Assembly: GCF_036365525.1 (NCBI RefSeq)
Contig: NC_090412.1
Span: 22,016,029-22,080,028 of the forward strand
DNA length: 64,000 bases
Direction of reading: 5' to 3'
Origin: Heterodontus francisci
Lineage: Eukaryota
Position 1 is the first letter of the stretch; each line of letters starts with the position of its first letter. The notes under the pieces are model-generated. The model saw only the letters and a program-made list of their open reading frames with translations. It had not been told where the DNA came from and searched no databases. Positions 63,135 to 64,000 of this stretch are shown one piece after another. The position numbers were made by a program, and so were the translations under genes.

Positions 63135-64000
63135 GTGTCAATAGACTCTCTGAATAGAGTTTAGACAGCAAGGCCACCAGCTATAGTTGCTTCATTGTTT
63201 CCAATGGGAACACCTGGTCTCTTCTTACCTCTTTGCCTCCTCGGCCTGCACTGGAAACAGTACAACATTGCGTGAGTGACGAGTACACATTCCCAAAGGT
63301 GTTCTTTGTTTTCCACATCCCAGCCCTGATGTGCAGATCTGTATTAGTGGGGCACTTTTTCCAAGTTCAGTAAAATATCCATTGCACAGTTTAAAGGTGC
63401 ACAAGGAATATTCTTTTTTTGTCATCTGAATTGCATTTGTGCATTTGTTATTTTATTTATAGATTTAAAAAAAAATTTGAGCCAATTATTCCTCTCTTCT
63501 ATTCTTCACTGGGCTATTGAAGTTATTTGGTGTAGGTACATCGACGGTGCTGTTAGGGAGGGACTTCCAAAAAAAAGTAGTAAGAGCTACAAAAATGGAA
63601 TATGAAAAGAAACTTGAGGGATATCAAGATTAACACATTAGCTCGGATCTTGCAAGTGCCAATAGCAGCTACTGAGGGCCACAATGGCACCACAACTTCT
63701 GGGGAGCTCACTTTCACTCGAATCTGGAACTGGCTTTGTGCTTGAATGGGCTCCAGGGGAGCCCATGCTGATGGTCCTGCTGGGACCTGTCATCAGGAAC
63801 TTGGGCTGATTGCCCTGTACTGACCCCAGTATTTACGTTGATTCATTTAGGGCTGCTCCCAGCATGCATAGAGCCTGCTCAGGAACACAGCCCTTTAATT
63901 CAACAGGAGTACGAAAATACTCCCGCATGTCCCCCTCCCCAGCTGCCACCCACCCGCCGCCCCCTGTTGTTGCATAGAATGTACAGCACAGAAACCTCTG

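Overview
Repeat-rich vertebrate genomic DNA. It is most likely a cartilaginous fish (shark/ray), inferred from the V-SINE/HE1-like and SacSINE1/Deu-like SINEs and the abundant CR1/L2 LINEs. Two minus-strand host genes can be built by hand. (1) A complete 6-exon, 312-aa secreted S1A serine protease (18857->5526) with intact His/Asp/Ser triad, TATA box and polyA signal; from memory it closely matches zebrafish zgc:112285 (CELA2/chymotrypsin-like). (2) A single-coding-exon GPRIN2-like protein (32019->30181) with upstream non-coding exon(s) near 35.2-35.7 kb. A CpG-island promoter at ~420-860 has splice donors pointing in both directions and is followed by a 33-copy 37/38-bp palindromic minisatellite. 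Notable mobile DNA: a full-length RTE LINE with a 15-bp TSD nested in a solo LTR; a deleted ERV-like provirus with a tRNA-Arg PBS and env-like remnant; two related solo LTRs in inverted orientation; a Harbinger fossil; and many CR1/L2/SINE fragments. There is no CRISPR array or prokaryotic system. All coordinates were read by eye, repeat boundaries are approximate, and family names come from recall, not database searches.
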